A program made the position numbers and the translations under genes. Shown piece after piece: positions 10,876 through 22,897 of a DNA stretch of 64,000 nt (position 1 is the first letter of the stretch; each line of letters starts with the position of its first letter). Source of the DNA: Negaprion brevirostris (Eukaryota); assembly GCA_030324005.1 (NCBI GenBank), contig JARDVH010000106.1:49098304-49162303 (forward strand). Reading direction: 5' to 3'. The notes beneath the pieces are model-generated. The model saw only the letters and a program-made list of their open reading frames with translations, had not been told where the DNA came from and did not search any database.

Positions 10876-12204
10876 GTAAATATGCATAAGATAGTCAGAA
10901 GCTACTGGTTTTGGCTAATTAAAGCAGGATCTGCCACTCTCTATCATGAACAATTAATTGGTCTTTATTTTCAAAACTGGTGACAACATTATTAAGACAA
11001 TTAACAAATTGAATAAATTCCCCAATAGAATGCTGTTCCAATTACAAGGCTCATTCAAGAGTAATGAAATAAATCATTACAGAATCTAGTCATTCTCAAA
11101 TAATATAATCCCAGGCATCTGTTGGAAGTATGAACTTTCTTCTGTTGTGTTGGTGTGGAATACTTTCTAAGTTGGGTTTCTCCTTTTTACATGGTGATTT
11201 GATGAAAATACACATTAAAACTGCAGTAATTCATATAAGAAGCTCACCTAACCTCTTTCCCCCAAGAGGTAGCAAGCTACTCCAACCGTTATTTCCCCTT
11301 GTTTAAATACCTGGAATTACCTCACAGTATTCCTGCAATTTGAATGGCTTGAGGCTGTCAACAATACTCAAATTTGAATTCAATTGGTCTGTGTCTTTGA
11401 GTGCTTGCTTTAAACTCATTGGTCCAATTCAAAGCCTGTTTTGCTCAGCTGGAATTCTGGCTGCTGCACAAATGTGCAAAGTTGGCTTCTGCAGTTTAAA
11501 ATCCCAAGCACCAAGACACATGCTTTCTAAAAAGACAATGCTATAGGATTTCTTTTGATTTTCTTAGCTTTTTTTTTCAATATATACAATTTGTTCTTGA
11601 AAATCAGTAGTGATTCCAGCCAGTATGATGTCACGCCGGCAGCAAGGGAGCATTCAGCGCTTCCGGAAACAACAGTGTGAAACCATTCAATGATTTTAGG
11701 GTAAGGTGTGATGACAGCAGGTTTTAGATTGGGGAAGGGGTGGTTGGGTCATCCCTGGCGATAGAGAACTATTAGCAATATCAGCTAACAGGAGGGGACA
11801 TGAGACAGTCAGTGATTTTTTTTGGGAATAGCAGCAAGGAATTAGACTGTAGATAAAGCACAATCTTGATATATGAAGATGAATTTTAGAAATGTGTACT
11901 GCAAACATTGATCAGGATACCATGGGCATGGCCTGCATCAGCATATCTCCGTGCCACTGAGCTCCTCTTGTTCTTTTGGTAGGTGATGACTTCCACTAGG
12001 AATGTAAATTTGTACAATCAACCCTTAAAACAACAGAAAACTTTGAATCCTGGAATACTGCAGACAAAAGCATTCTAATGTATCAGTTTAATCAGGAAGG
12101 AATGATAATTTGCTATTTCACCTGAAATTTGATTGCAAGCTGAAATAACCTCATTGAAGGAGAGCTCATGTTATACATTATATAGAAACTGAACTGTGAT
12201 GTTT

Positions 12205-12820
12205 CCCTGCAGCCCAACTCTCTCACTACCTCAGTTCAACTGCTGCTGAAACCCTCACTTGTATCTTCCCTACTTCTGGACTTGACTATCACAAAATTCT
12301 CCTGGCTGGCCCCCTATCTTTCATCCTCCATAAACTCAAGCTCATTCAAAACTCTGGCTGTATCCAGACTTAAACCAAATCTCATTCAACTCAGTGCTCA
12401 CTGTCCCATATTAGCTTTAAGCTGACCATTATCTCGATTTTGAACTTCCCAATCTTGTTTTCATATCTCTCCATGGCCTCACTCTTCCCTGCCTCTGCAA
12501 CCTCTTCCTATAATACAGCCCTCCAAGAACTCTACGTGTTTCCAAAACTCGAGTCTTCCACATCACCAATTTTAATTGCTGCACCATTGTGATGATGCCT
12601 TTAGTTGCTGAGGCCTGACAGTTAGGGATTCCCTCCCAAAGCTTCTGCCTCTGTACTACTTTTTCGTCCTTTACAAAGCATCTTAGAACCTATCTATTTG
12701 ACCAAGCTTTGTTCTCTGCCCTAATATCTCCTAAATTTGACTTAGTGTCAAATTTTGCTTTGCACTGCTGTGAAAAACCTGTGACAAATTACTTGTTAAA
12801 GGCAAATGCAAGTTGTTGAT
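12205..12820 (+). mobile_element. L2 LINE 3' end
   Basis: GCTGCTGAAACCCTC..GACTTGACTAT..CTCCTGGCTGGCC (AAETL..SRLDY..LLAGLP-like), followed by an L2-type 3' UTR. Confidence 0.8.
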
Positions 12821-13229
12821 AAAAATGAAGCAGAAAGCATGATGATGGGCATATTTTGAGAGATGTTCTTATTGGCCCGCAATACACCTTAAAACAATTG
12901 GCAGGCAGACTGGTCAATGTCCAGTTCATCCTTGGAACTGAATTTGTCCACATCTAGACTGATGAGAAAAGAAACTGTTTAACTGACAAAGGTTTCATTG
13001 AACTCTATTCTCAGTTAGAAAATAAACCTATTGTACTTGTATAAACCATTTGCTTAATGATAATTCAATCAGAATTGTTCACTAAGTTTGTGATTTTTGT
13101 CTTTGCCTATTAATTCGCCTTTTTGTCGTCTCTGCTATTGTTCCTGAATTCTGTCTGCACTATAGTTAGCTGGTGTTGGTCTTTTGACACATTAGCTGCT
13201 GAATGTGTATTTACATTATTCCATCAGTT

Positions 13230-13272
13230 CAGTTTCACATCAATATCAGTTTCACATCAATATCACATCAAT
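13230..13272 (+). repeat. 17-bp tandem duplication (CAGTTTCACATCAATAT x2 plus a partial copy)
   Basis: Directly visible at 13230-13246, 13247-13263 and 13264-13272. Confidence 0.85.
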
Positions 13273-14234
13273 TTCCAGTCAGTAAATGTCAGAATAAAGT
13301 GGTAGAATACTGACCTACATCTTACATATAACTTTCATTCCATCAGGGCAAGCAGAAGAATTGTGTCCCACCCATCCTATTTGACTGACCTACATTTGAA
13401 CCCTAGTTGGTGTTTCATCCACTCTGTCATCCAGTTCCACTGGTGGGGTTATATTCCAATGAAATATTTGTCATCTTGTTTCCTTTATACTTTCCCATCT
13501 TTGAGATCCAACTTTATAATACAGTAGCATTGCCCCTGTCTTTGGAATTTTAAGAAATGTCTCTCCTTCCAGAAGTGTTTCGTCTTCCATTTGGATGTTT
13601 AAAGAATACCATCATGACATGCTGTATAGATCAAGGCTACTACCATTATAGAATGAAAGAAAACACAGAACTGCAACTTGTGTTTGAGAAGAGGATTCTT
13701 GTTCTGTTGTAATTTCTCTTTATCCCATCATCACAATGGAACATTTCAGAGTTGATGTTTAATCAAAATTAAATGCAGATCATAGGAACAGGAGTAGATC
13801 ATTCAACCCCTCAAGCCTGTTCTTCATCAGAGAGTTTACTGAACATTATATATTTCTCGCCTGAAAGAAACCCTGCAAAAGAGTTTGGCATATCAAGGAA
13901 AACTGAGGCAGTCAAGAATGAGTCGTATCTAGATTATTAATTAGCTGTCTACACTCTGAAATTTCCCTCTTAAACTGCTGCCCTCTCCACCTTTCTAACA
14001 CGCTGTCTTCCAGTAAGGCACTCTTTAAAGCCTACAACATTGATTAAACTTTTGGTGACTTATTCTAATATTGCTTTATATGCTTGGTGTCAAAAGTTGT
14101 TTGATAATGCCTCTCTGAAGCACCTTGGGGCACCTTACCTGAATAAATATTCCACATGGTGTTCTGAGCAAAAACTCTTGCTGACTTACATCATGCATGA
14201 CAATGTTGTGTTATGTGGACAGATTTTGTTGAGT

Positions 14235-14558
14235 GAACCATTGAACCCCTACAGACCAGAAAGAGACCATTCGGCCCATCGAGTCTGCGCTGACCATAAT
14301 CTCACCCAGGCCTTATCCCCATAACCCTATATATTTACCCTACAAATCCCCCTGACACTCGGGTCAATTTAGCATGGCTAACCAACCTAACCCGCACATC
14401 TTTGGACTGTGGAAGGAAACCGGAGCACCCGGAGGAAACCCATGCAGACACGGGGACAATGTGCAAACTCCACAGAGTCAGTGACTTGAGGCTGGAATTG
14501 AACCCGGGTCCCGAGTGCTGTGAGGCAGCAGTGCTAACCACTGTGCCACCGTGCTGCT
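14235..14558 (-). mobile_element. HE1 V-SINE
   Basis: Reverse complement of the HE1 head (GTGCTAACCACTGTGCCACCGTGC), V-domain GGAAACCGGAGCACCCGGAGGAAACCC, and tail. Confidence 0.92.
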
Positions 14559-14569
14559 CCCCTGAAGTG

Positions 14570-14812
14570 GAGAAGTGGGTTACTCACTGCCGAATTCCCA
14601 GCTTCTGTCCCAGTATTTGTGTGGCTAGTCCAGTTAAGTTTCTGGTCAATGTATCTCCAGAATATTGATAGTGGGGAATTCAGCAATGGTAATGCCATGG
14701 AATGTCAAGAGTTAGCTTTTAAATTATCACTTGTTGGAGATGATCATTGCCCAACATTTGTGTGGTACATAAGTTATTTGCCACTTATCAGTCCAAGCCT
14801 GAATGTGGCCTA
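14570..14812 (-). mobile_element. Fragment of the CR1-clade LINE family of 3128-6706
   Basis: GGCTAGTCCAGTTAAGTTTCTGGTCAATG matches 3858-3885. Confidence 0.75.
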
Positions 14813-15594
14813 GGTTTGTTATACAAATAAGGACATAATTGATTATGGCGTTGATTGTGCAGAACACCAGGAACCATTTCCATGCATTGTGGCTGCATGC
14901 TGTGCTTCCTAATGTGACTCAGAAAAGTTTGCAGTACTTGAAGTCAATTCAAATCCAGGTGTACTGAAGTCCTGGAATCATGAAAATAACGAGATGTTAC
15001 CAGAATAGGGCGAGAGCTCAAACAGCATTTCACTGGTTCTGTGCACATGGTTGCTGCAATGAAGATCTCTTCCCTCCATTTGGGGTTTGGCACTTTATGA
15101 AACATTTTTGTGTTCCATGTGTTTTCAAGTTGATGTTTCTTTACTATGTTATCATCAGTAAATCAAGGAATAATAATAAAATTTGTTGGTGTTCCTGAAA
15201 TTTGCATTATGTTTGATATCCATGTTTAAGTAGTCTTTAAGTACTTTGAGAGGGATAGCAATGATGCAGAAATAACTCCATATTTCCAATTTCTCAAGGT
15301 GATAATAGATCACAGTAAGCAAGACAGATGCACTTTATGCACTATGAAGATGTGCTCCTGGAGGCTTCGTAAGTTGGACAAAATGAAGCTTATTTACAAG
15401 ATTGCTTCATTAGCGGCATGCCCCAAGCTAGTCCATAGTAAAACTAGGAAAACTCATCCCCTTACAGGGATTCCCTGCGCTAGGTGTTCAATGGTTGTTC
15501 AGATCACATGACTCTTGCTCAATAAGGCTCTAAGTGACAGTCACCATGTGCACTCTTTTGTGATCTGTGCTTCTGGGACTGTTCATACATAGCT

Positions 15595-16496
15595 ATTAGA
15601 GTCACAGAGGTTTACAGCATGGAAACAGGCACTTTGGTCCAACTTGTCCATGCTGCCCAGTTTGTACCATTGAGCTAGTCCCAATTGCCTCCATTTTGGC
15701 CCATATCTCTCTAAACCCATCTTACCCATATAACAGTTTAAATGCTTTTTAAAAGACAAAGATCTGCTTCTACTCTTACTTCTGACAGCTCATTCCAGAC
15801 ACTCACCGCTCTGGATGTGAAAATAATTGCCTCTCTGGACCCTTTGGTATCTCTCCCCTCTCAACTTAAACCAATGCCCTCTAGTTTTAGACTCTCTTTT
15901 CTTTGGGAAAAAATGTTGATTATCTACCTGATCTATACCTGTCATCATTTTATAGGCCTCTATAAGATCACCCCTAAGTCTCCTACGTTCCAGAGAAAAA
16001 AGTCCCAGTCTATCCAGCCTCTCCTTAGAACTCAAACCGTTATGTCCCGGTAGCATCCTAGTACATCCTTTCTGCACTCTTTCTAATTTCGTAATATGCT
16101 TTCTATAATAGTGTGACCAGAATTGTACACAGCATTACAAGTGTGGCCTTACCAATGTCTTGTAAACTTCAACAAGATGTCCCAACGTCTGTATTCAATA
16201 TTCTGACCAATGAAACCAAGCATGCTGAATGCCTTCTTCACCACTCTGTCCAGCTATGACTCCACTTTCAAGGAGCTATGAACATGTACCCCTAGATCTC
16301 TTTGTTCTATAACTCTCCCCAGTGCCCTACCATTAACTGAATAAGTCCTGCCCTGGTTCAATCTATCAAAATGCATCACCTCGCATTTGTCTAAATTAAA
16401 CTCCATCTGCCATTCGTCAACCTACTGGCCCAATTGATCAAGACCTGTTGCAATTGGAGATAACTTTCTTTACTGTCCACTATGCCACCAATCTTA
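15595..16496 (-). mobile_element. CR1/HER1 LINE 3' end
   Basis: ORF 15790-16077 (-): RMLPG..LS.KERLDRLGLFSLERRRLRGDLIEAYKMM..KTRGH, the canonical CR1 ORF2 C-terminus. Confidence 0.93.
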
Positions 16497-16509
16497 GTTG
16501 AAATGGACA

Positions 16510-16882
16510 GATGCATTTTGGAGCAGAGGAGACTGACTGGGGGCGTGATTTAGATGTATAAAATCATGAGTGTTATAGATAGACAGGATGAAACATTTCC
16601 CCTGGGTGGAAGAATCACTGAGTAGGGGAAACAGATTTAAGGTAAGGGGCAGGAGATTTAGAGAGGGTGTGGGGAAAAACCTTTTAAACCTAGAGGACGA
16701 TGGGAGTCTGGAACCCACTGCTTGAAAGTGTGCTGGAGGCAGAGTCCCTCATAACATACAAGAGATATACAAGACTATGGACCAAGTGCTGGAAAATTAG
16801 AATAGTTGAATGGTTTGTCTTTGACTGACACAGGTGCGATGGGCTGAAGGGCCTTTTTCTGTGCTGTAGATTTCTATGATTC
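16510..16882 (+). mobile_element. CR1 LINE 3' end
   Basis: GGAGCAGAGGAGACTG..TTTAAGGTAAGGGGCAGGAGATTTAGAG..GATGGGCTGAAGGGCCT..CTGTGCTGTAGATTTCTATG. Confidence 0.85.
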
Positions 16883-17274
16883 TTTCTGTAAACAACCTGC
16901 AAATTGCAAATTAGAAAAGATTTTGGGATGAGCGGGAAGTGGGAAGGGAGGAGGAAGGCTACCTATGAGCGTACCGTCATCTTTGATGGTTTCCCCCACT
17001 CCCCACTTCCCCAGGTCCTGTTGTCTCAGATTGTGTACTGACTTGTGTGCGAGAAGGAGGAAAATGTATCCGTGAGTAGTTGTGCAGTGTTTGGTTGGTG
17101 CATCTTTCCTGGTTGAATAGTGAGTGTGAGCTGTGGGATGTGGATGTGAATCTCACTGCAGTGCAAAGTGCGTGAGGGTGACTTGACATGCGGATTCTTA
17201 CAAATTACACTGTTGGTAGCTAAATCAAGAGAGTGAGTAAACTGAGTTGCTTCGACCTGCCTTAAAGCAACAGT

Positions 17275-17600
17275 AAAATAAAAGCAAGAGATTGCAGATG
17301 CTGGAAATCTGAAATAAAAACAAAGTACTGGAGATACTCAGAGGTTCTAAAGAAGAGTCATATTTCATAGAATCATAGCATCTATAGTGTAGAAGAAGGC
17401 CATCGAGCCTGCACCAACAACAATCCTATCCAGGTCCTATTCCCAACATCCCACATATTTATCCTCCTAATCCCCCTGATACTAAGGAACAATTTATTTA
17501 ACTCAAAATGTTCGGTGCGATCTTCAGTCCTGCCTGCAGGATTTTTCCAGCCGTCTTATCAAAACTGCTGAGTATTTCCAACACTTTCCATGTTTATTAC
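17275..17600 (+). mobile_element. Penelope-type palindromic hammerhead element, interrupted by an HE1 tail fragment (17365-17497, minus strand)
   Basis: GCAGATGCTGGAAATCTGAAATAAAAAC left arm; GTTCTAAAGAAGAGTCAT|insert|AACTCAAAATGTT core; CTGCTGAGTATTTCCAAC right arm. Confidence 0.6.
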
Positions 17601-17867
17601 ACCATCAGTTTCTGTTTAATTTAATGGTTACGCAACGACCTTTGATCAAAAGATTTCAAGTTCAAGACTCACTTCCTGTCTTGACAACATGATCTAGGCT
17701 GACACTTTAATGCAGTGTGGAGAGGGGAATACTACTCTGTGTATAAGATGTTAAACAAATGTCTCTTCGCTTGTCCTGATGGATGTGAAAGATCCACTAT
17801 ACTGTAGTAAGTCCCTTGGGAAGAATTTATCTGTAACCCTACACAGGTTTGCTTGTCATTGTCGCCA

Positions 17868-18065
17868 GTTCTGACAAAGGGTCATCCCAACTCGAAGGGC
17901 GTGATCTTACCGAGCATTCACATCATGCTCCTGCTGCAGTGAGGTTGGAGAATTTGGAGGCCAGTCAAATGCAGCGGGATGGGAAAATCCGGCTGAAACA
18001 TTGGCTCTGCTCTCTCCACAGATGCTGTCAGACCTGCTGAGATTTTCCAGCATTTTCCGTTCTGG
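17868..18065 (+). mobile_element. Penelope-type hammerhead element with a nested 98-bp MITE
   Basis: GTTCTGACAAAGGGTCATCCCAACTCGAA|MITE|GAAACATTGGCTCTG..GATGCTGTCAGACCTGCTGAGATTTTCCAGC, same family as 3183-3277. Confidence 0.75.
17897..17994. mobile_element. Harbinger-type MITE
   Basis: GGGCGTGATCTTACC ... GGGAAAATCCGGCT imperfect TIRs; 3-bp TSD GAA (17894-17896 and 17995-17997). Confidence 0.7.
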
Positions 18066-18389
18066 TAACGTGTCATTTATCTCATCACTGTTTATGAAAC
18101 AAACTGGTTACCGAATGAGGCACTAGACTTCAAAAATCATTCATTTTCTGTGGGGCATTTCGGGATGCCTGGAGAATATGGAACAAACTTATATAAATTC
18201 AAGTTCTGTTTTAGTGGAAAATGTTGATTGGCAGGCTGGTTGCCTGTCGGAGGGGAAAACCAAGGGCGTGAGGTTGCAGCTAGAGCGAGNNNNNNNNNNN
18301 NNNNNNNNNNNNNNNNNNNNNNNNNNNNNNNNNNNNNNNNNNNNNNNNNNNNNNNNNNNNNNNNNNNNNNNNNNNNNNNNNNNNNNNNN

Positions 18390-18812
18390 GTGTCCACAAT
18401 GCCACTAATCTTGGTGTCATCTGCAAACTTACGAACCATGCCTCCTCAGTTCTCATCCAAATCATTAATATAAATGACAAATAACAATGGACCCAGCACT
18501 GATCCCTAAGGCACCCCTTTAAAAACTCAATAAAATTTGTGAGACATAATTTTCCACTCACAAAGCCATGCTGACTGTCCCTAATCAGCCTTGCCTCACT
18601 AAATGGCTGTAGATCTGCCTTTCAGAATACCTTCTAGCAACTTATTCACTACAGACTCACTGGTCTGTGTTCCCAGGCTTTTCCCTGCAGCTCTTCTTAA
18701 ACAAAGGCATAACATTTGCCACCCTCCAATCTTCAGGCACCTCACCTGTAGCTGTCGCTGATTCAAATGTCTCTGCTTGGGGATCCACAATTTCCTCCCT
18801 AGCCCCAGCCTC
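18390..18812 (-). mobile_element. CR1 RT fragment
   Basis: KLCLTNFIEF and VRKFADDTKISGIVD (RT catalytic FADD) on the minus strand. Confidence 0.88.
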
Positions 18813-20459
18813 CTACAATGCACTGGCATGTAGCTGTTGTAGGTGGACATGAGAGAAGACATCTGTGGGCAAGAAGTTCCTGGCGGAACCGTGCAAATCC
18901 CTGCCAAAAGACTTGTCAGCTACTTCCGGGATAGGGTTACCTCTGGTGTCTGTGAAGTTTGCAGCTCATACAGAAAAATTATGTAGCAAAATCTTCTCAG
19001 CAGCCACAGGAGGTCTCTGGCACTTCTCCAACTTGCATAATTGCTTCACACAGGTTACTAATGCACTGTTTTCTATGCCCAGTGAATGGCTGTTTTACAA
19101 AGAGAAACTGATCCAGTCATGTGAAAAAAACCCTCCAGTTCTACCATGTGGCAGGCTTCTAAAGACTGCAGATTATTATTCGCTGCATCTCTGTGACCAA
19201 CTCTGAGAACCTCTCCCAACATACTAGGAACCTTTTGTAATTCTATGGGATTCCTTCAAGGCTGAAATACTATTCTTGGTAGAGTTGTATGCATATCACA
19301 TCTAGGATTTGAATTCTGCTTCACCCAATATTCCAACCAAGTTGAGATGAAATAGCTAGCTGACTAATTAGCTGCTTACTATTTTAATAGTCTTTGCTGA
19401 AAAGCAACGTTTGTAATGCGATTAAAGACCAACAGTTCTTCTGCAAATTTAAATACATATTAGCCTTCTGCATGGAAGGTTAAGCTTGATTCGGTTCATG
19501 ATAGAATTGAGAAAACGTTATTTTTCTCAAATCTGAAAAGCTATAAATATTTAATATTATAGTCTAAATTGGTGTCAATCATTTAGTTTGCTAATTTAAC
19601 AAAATAAGTCTGAGGCCACAAAAGAACATTTAATTTGATTGATCTTTTTAATCCTTAGTAGGTGCTTATTAAAATGTTTGATCAAATTTTTTCAAGTTTG
19701 CTTGTTCGGTGTTCATCCTCTGAATCACAGTCCTCGGACGCAGTTAATTGATGACCCTTTAAATTTAAACTATTGCTTTATTTTCAGATAGCAGGATCAA
19801 GGTCATCTGAAGTCTTGTATGAAAAGTGTCCTCACATGACTAACTTTATTATAAGACAGTGTCACAATTCATACATCGTTTAAAAATGATGCTGATAAAT
19901 TTAAAATAGGAATAGTTGTTAGCTCACCAATAAAGGGAAATGATTAATTAAAGATGGCGGTGTCTTTTTAACAAGGGACATCAGCATCAAATTCAATTAA
20001 GGCTTTGCACTTGACTGGTAATTGATATCAAGGACTGTTAAATATGGTGCTTAAGCTGCCAGCAATGGCATGAAGAGTATATTTTTGAAGGATAACGAAC
20101 TGCAAAACAAAGACATGAGAAACTTCTAATGGCTCAGTGACATAAACTTGAACTGATTCCGCAAAAGATTTGTAATAAGAGGTTTCTCTGTTACAAGTGA
20201 ATTACGCTTCTGGCAATCAACTAACAGTTGGGATGAGAAGCTGTTAAAATATTTATGCGAATAGGGATAAATGTTGAAAACAGGCATGATAGGATGAAGA
20301 TAAAAGGAAGAATAACATAAGTTGCTGTGGTAAAAATTCACTTCAAATTGTGAAGGTGACTTAGTGGTTACTGAAAATCTCGACATAGTCGTTATCAAAG
20401 TCCATTCTATACATTTAATATCTTGCTTGCATTTGTAAGCAGATCTTTTATTTCTTTCT

Positions 20460-20771
20460 TGGTGGCGCAATGGTTAACAACGCTGCCTCATAGCACCAGG
20501 GACCCGGGTTCAATTCTGGCCTCGGGTCACTCTCTCTGTGGAGTTTGCACGTTCTCCCCATATCTGTGTGGGTTTCCTTCCAGTGCTCCGATTTCCTCTC
20601 TCAGTCCAAAGATGTGCAGGTTAGGTAGATTGGCCATGCTAATTTGATCTGAGTGTCAGGGGGATTAGCAGAGTAGTGGTGTTACAGGAACAGGGCCTGG
20701 GTGGGATTGTAGATTTGCAAACTTGATGGGCCAAACGGCCTCCTTCTGCACTGTAGGGATTCTATGATTCT
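20460..20771 (+). mobile_element. HE1 V-SINE
   Basis: Head GGTGGCGCAATGGTTAAC, B-box GGGTTCAATTC, V-domain, tail GGCCTCCTTCTGCACTGTAGGGATTCTATGA. Confidence 0.92.
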
Positions 20772-21104
20772 TTCAGTTGGGTGTAAACTGCAAGCACTTC
20801 ACAAATACTGCTGGAGATTTTAGATTTTCTTTTTAAAAGAAAGATAAATCTAATTGAGTCAACAATTTTAAGAAAGTAGAATGTTGAATACAGTGCAAAA
20901 AAAGACAAATAAGGTGGTTTTTGATGAGGATTTCACAAGTACTCAGTGGACTTTCTTTTTTTAACATCGGTTAGGGAATATTAATAAGTAAAAGCCCGAG
21001 AAGGGAATATTTTTAATAATACAATTTTGAGTAACTCCCCACACTTCATTTTAATTATACATACTGGAAGGAAGCAGTTTTTATGATTTTGCTGTTCAAC
21101 CAAT

Positions 21105-21335
21105 TGTGTGCTCTGCCTGAAGGCAGGCCCTTGGTGCATTTCCTGCAGCTGCTTCATTTGAGCTGTTTCCTTACTCACTTTTGTCAGTGAGGGTTTGCTA
21201 TTGCATTCCACTCCAAGGAGTAGGACAAGGTGACAGATCCCAAGTCTCCCACAGCTGGAACTGGAACCAAACACTGACTATTGCTGTTACTCGGAACCAT
21301 ATGTTAGCTATCTACAGTACTGAGCTAACCAACCC
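21105..21335 (-). mobile_element. tRNA-derived SINE, related to 4413-4630
   Basis: Reverse complement begins GGGTTGGTTAGCTCAG and has a B-box-like GGTTCCAGTTCC. Confidence 0.5.
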
Positions 21336-21739
21336 CTCTTTTGTGATAGATCCAAAGAAACATGATGTACAGGGGCTAAAAGATGGCAAGTTTGGTTAAT
21401 TTCTGCCATGGGTCTATCAGCAAATACCACAGAGTTACTGAGCAATATCCATTTCTGTCTTCCTAGTCAGGATCATCATTTGTGAAGTGAACAGTCTGAC
21501 CTTATTTCTGTTATCCAGTTTATAAAATATCTAACTTAAAATTTACCTGTTACCTGGTGAGAGAGATTAGCCTAGCTGGGTGAAAAGTGCATTGGAAGAG
21601 TTCAGGAAGTTAAAACATTTTCAAATATTCTCCAGACAGATGAGAACACATTTCTACCAAATAAGATGTATAGTACATACTGCTCATTGAATACAATAGA
21701 AAGTACTGATATAGCAGGATGCTACTTGTTTTCTGGATA

Positions 21740-22420
21740 ACCTGGGATTTAAAAGGAGGTAGACAGGCTGGTGGAATGAGCAGACTCCTGGCACATCAAA
21801 TTTAAGACAGGAAAGTTTGGACTGATACATTTTGGTCAGAAGAATGAGGAAAGACAATAACAAATATAGGGTACAATTCTGAAGGAGTGCAAAAGAGAGA
21901 GACCTGGTATATTTGGTACTGAAGTCATTGAATATGGCCGGACAAGTTGAAAAAGGCATACGGAATCCTGGGCATTTTGAAATAGAGGTATAGAATACAG
22001 AAGTAAGGAAATAATAGTAAATCTTTTCTCAAATGCGACTTCAGCCTTAACTGGAGTCTTCGGCAAGGAGTGAGGAGAAGGTACCCAAAAAATTGTTCCA
22101 ACGTTGAGGGACTTGAATGAAGTGGATGGGTTAGCATAATTGAGGCTGTTCTCTTTAAAGAAAAGGAACTTGAATGGAGATTTCATAGAGGTATTTAAAA
22201 CCATGAGGAACCTGCATAGAGTAGGTAGGGCAAAACTGTTACCCGGCCTAAGAGTGTGGTGGCTTTCAAATGGCAGTTGGATACTTAACCTGAAGAGAAA
22301 AGAGTTGCAGGCCTGCAGTGAAATAGCAGGGGATGGAGCCAGCTGATCAGCTCTTAGAGAGCTGACATAAACACAATGGGCTAAGTAACCTCCTTTCATC
22401 CTGTTACCATTCTATGATTC
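21740..22420 (+). mobile_element. Old CR1 LINE 3' end
   Basis: ORF 22140: RLFSLKKRNLNGDFIEVFKTM, followed by a CR1-type tail. Confidence 0.82.
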
Positions 22421-22559
22421 GATAAAAATTCTGTTTTGAATTCTTGAAGCCCTTTATTCCATAGTAAGTGGCAGATATGGGTCAATGAAGTATTGAACTA
22501 TTTTGGGTCATAGACCTTTAGAATAAAACTTAGCTCACAAACAAAACCAGACAATGGAA

Positions 22560-22897
22560 GGGCAGGATATGGTGGTACAGCAATTTGCATTGCTGCCTCA
22601 CATTGACAGGGACCGGGTTCAATTCCAGCCTTGGTTGACGCTGTGTGGAGTTTGCACATTTTGCCTATATCTGCATGGGTTTTCAACAAATGCTTCAGTT
22701 TCCTCTTACAGCCCAAAGATTTGAAGGTTAGGTGGATTGGCCATGCTATATTGCCCCTTCGTGTTCCAAGATGTGCAGGTTAGATGGGATTAGCAATGGG
22801 AAATGTGTAGGGATAGGGTGGGAGAGAGAGCCTGGGTAAGATAATCTGTCAGACTGTGATGGGTCAAATGGCTTGTTCTGCACTGTAGGGATTCTAT
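22560..22897 (+). mobile_element. HE1 V-SINE
   Basis: Head, CGGGTTCAATTCC, V-domain, tail CTGCACTGTAGGGATTCTATG. Confidence 0.88.

Larger units (their letters stand above)
17610..18210 (+). mobile_element. DeuSINE (SacSINE1-like), decayed and interrupted at 17868-18065
   Basis: TCTAGGCTGACACT..GCAGT..GATGTTAAAC..GGATGTGAAAGATCC Deu-domain motifs; L2-like tail ending TATATAAATTCAAGTTCT. Confidence 0.65.

Noticed and set aside
21836-22399. 187-aa minus-strand ORF
   Set aside because: Antisense to a decayed CR1 3' end; no protein features.
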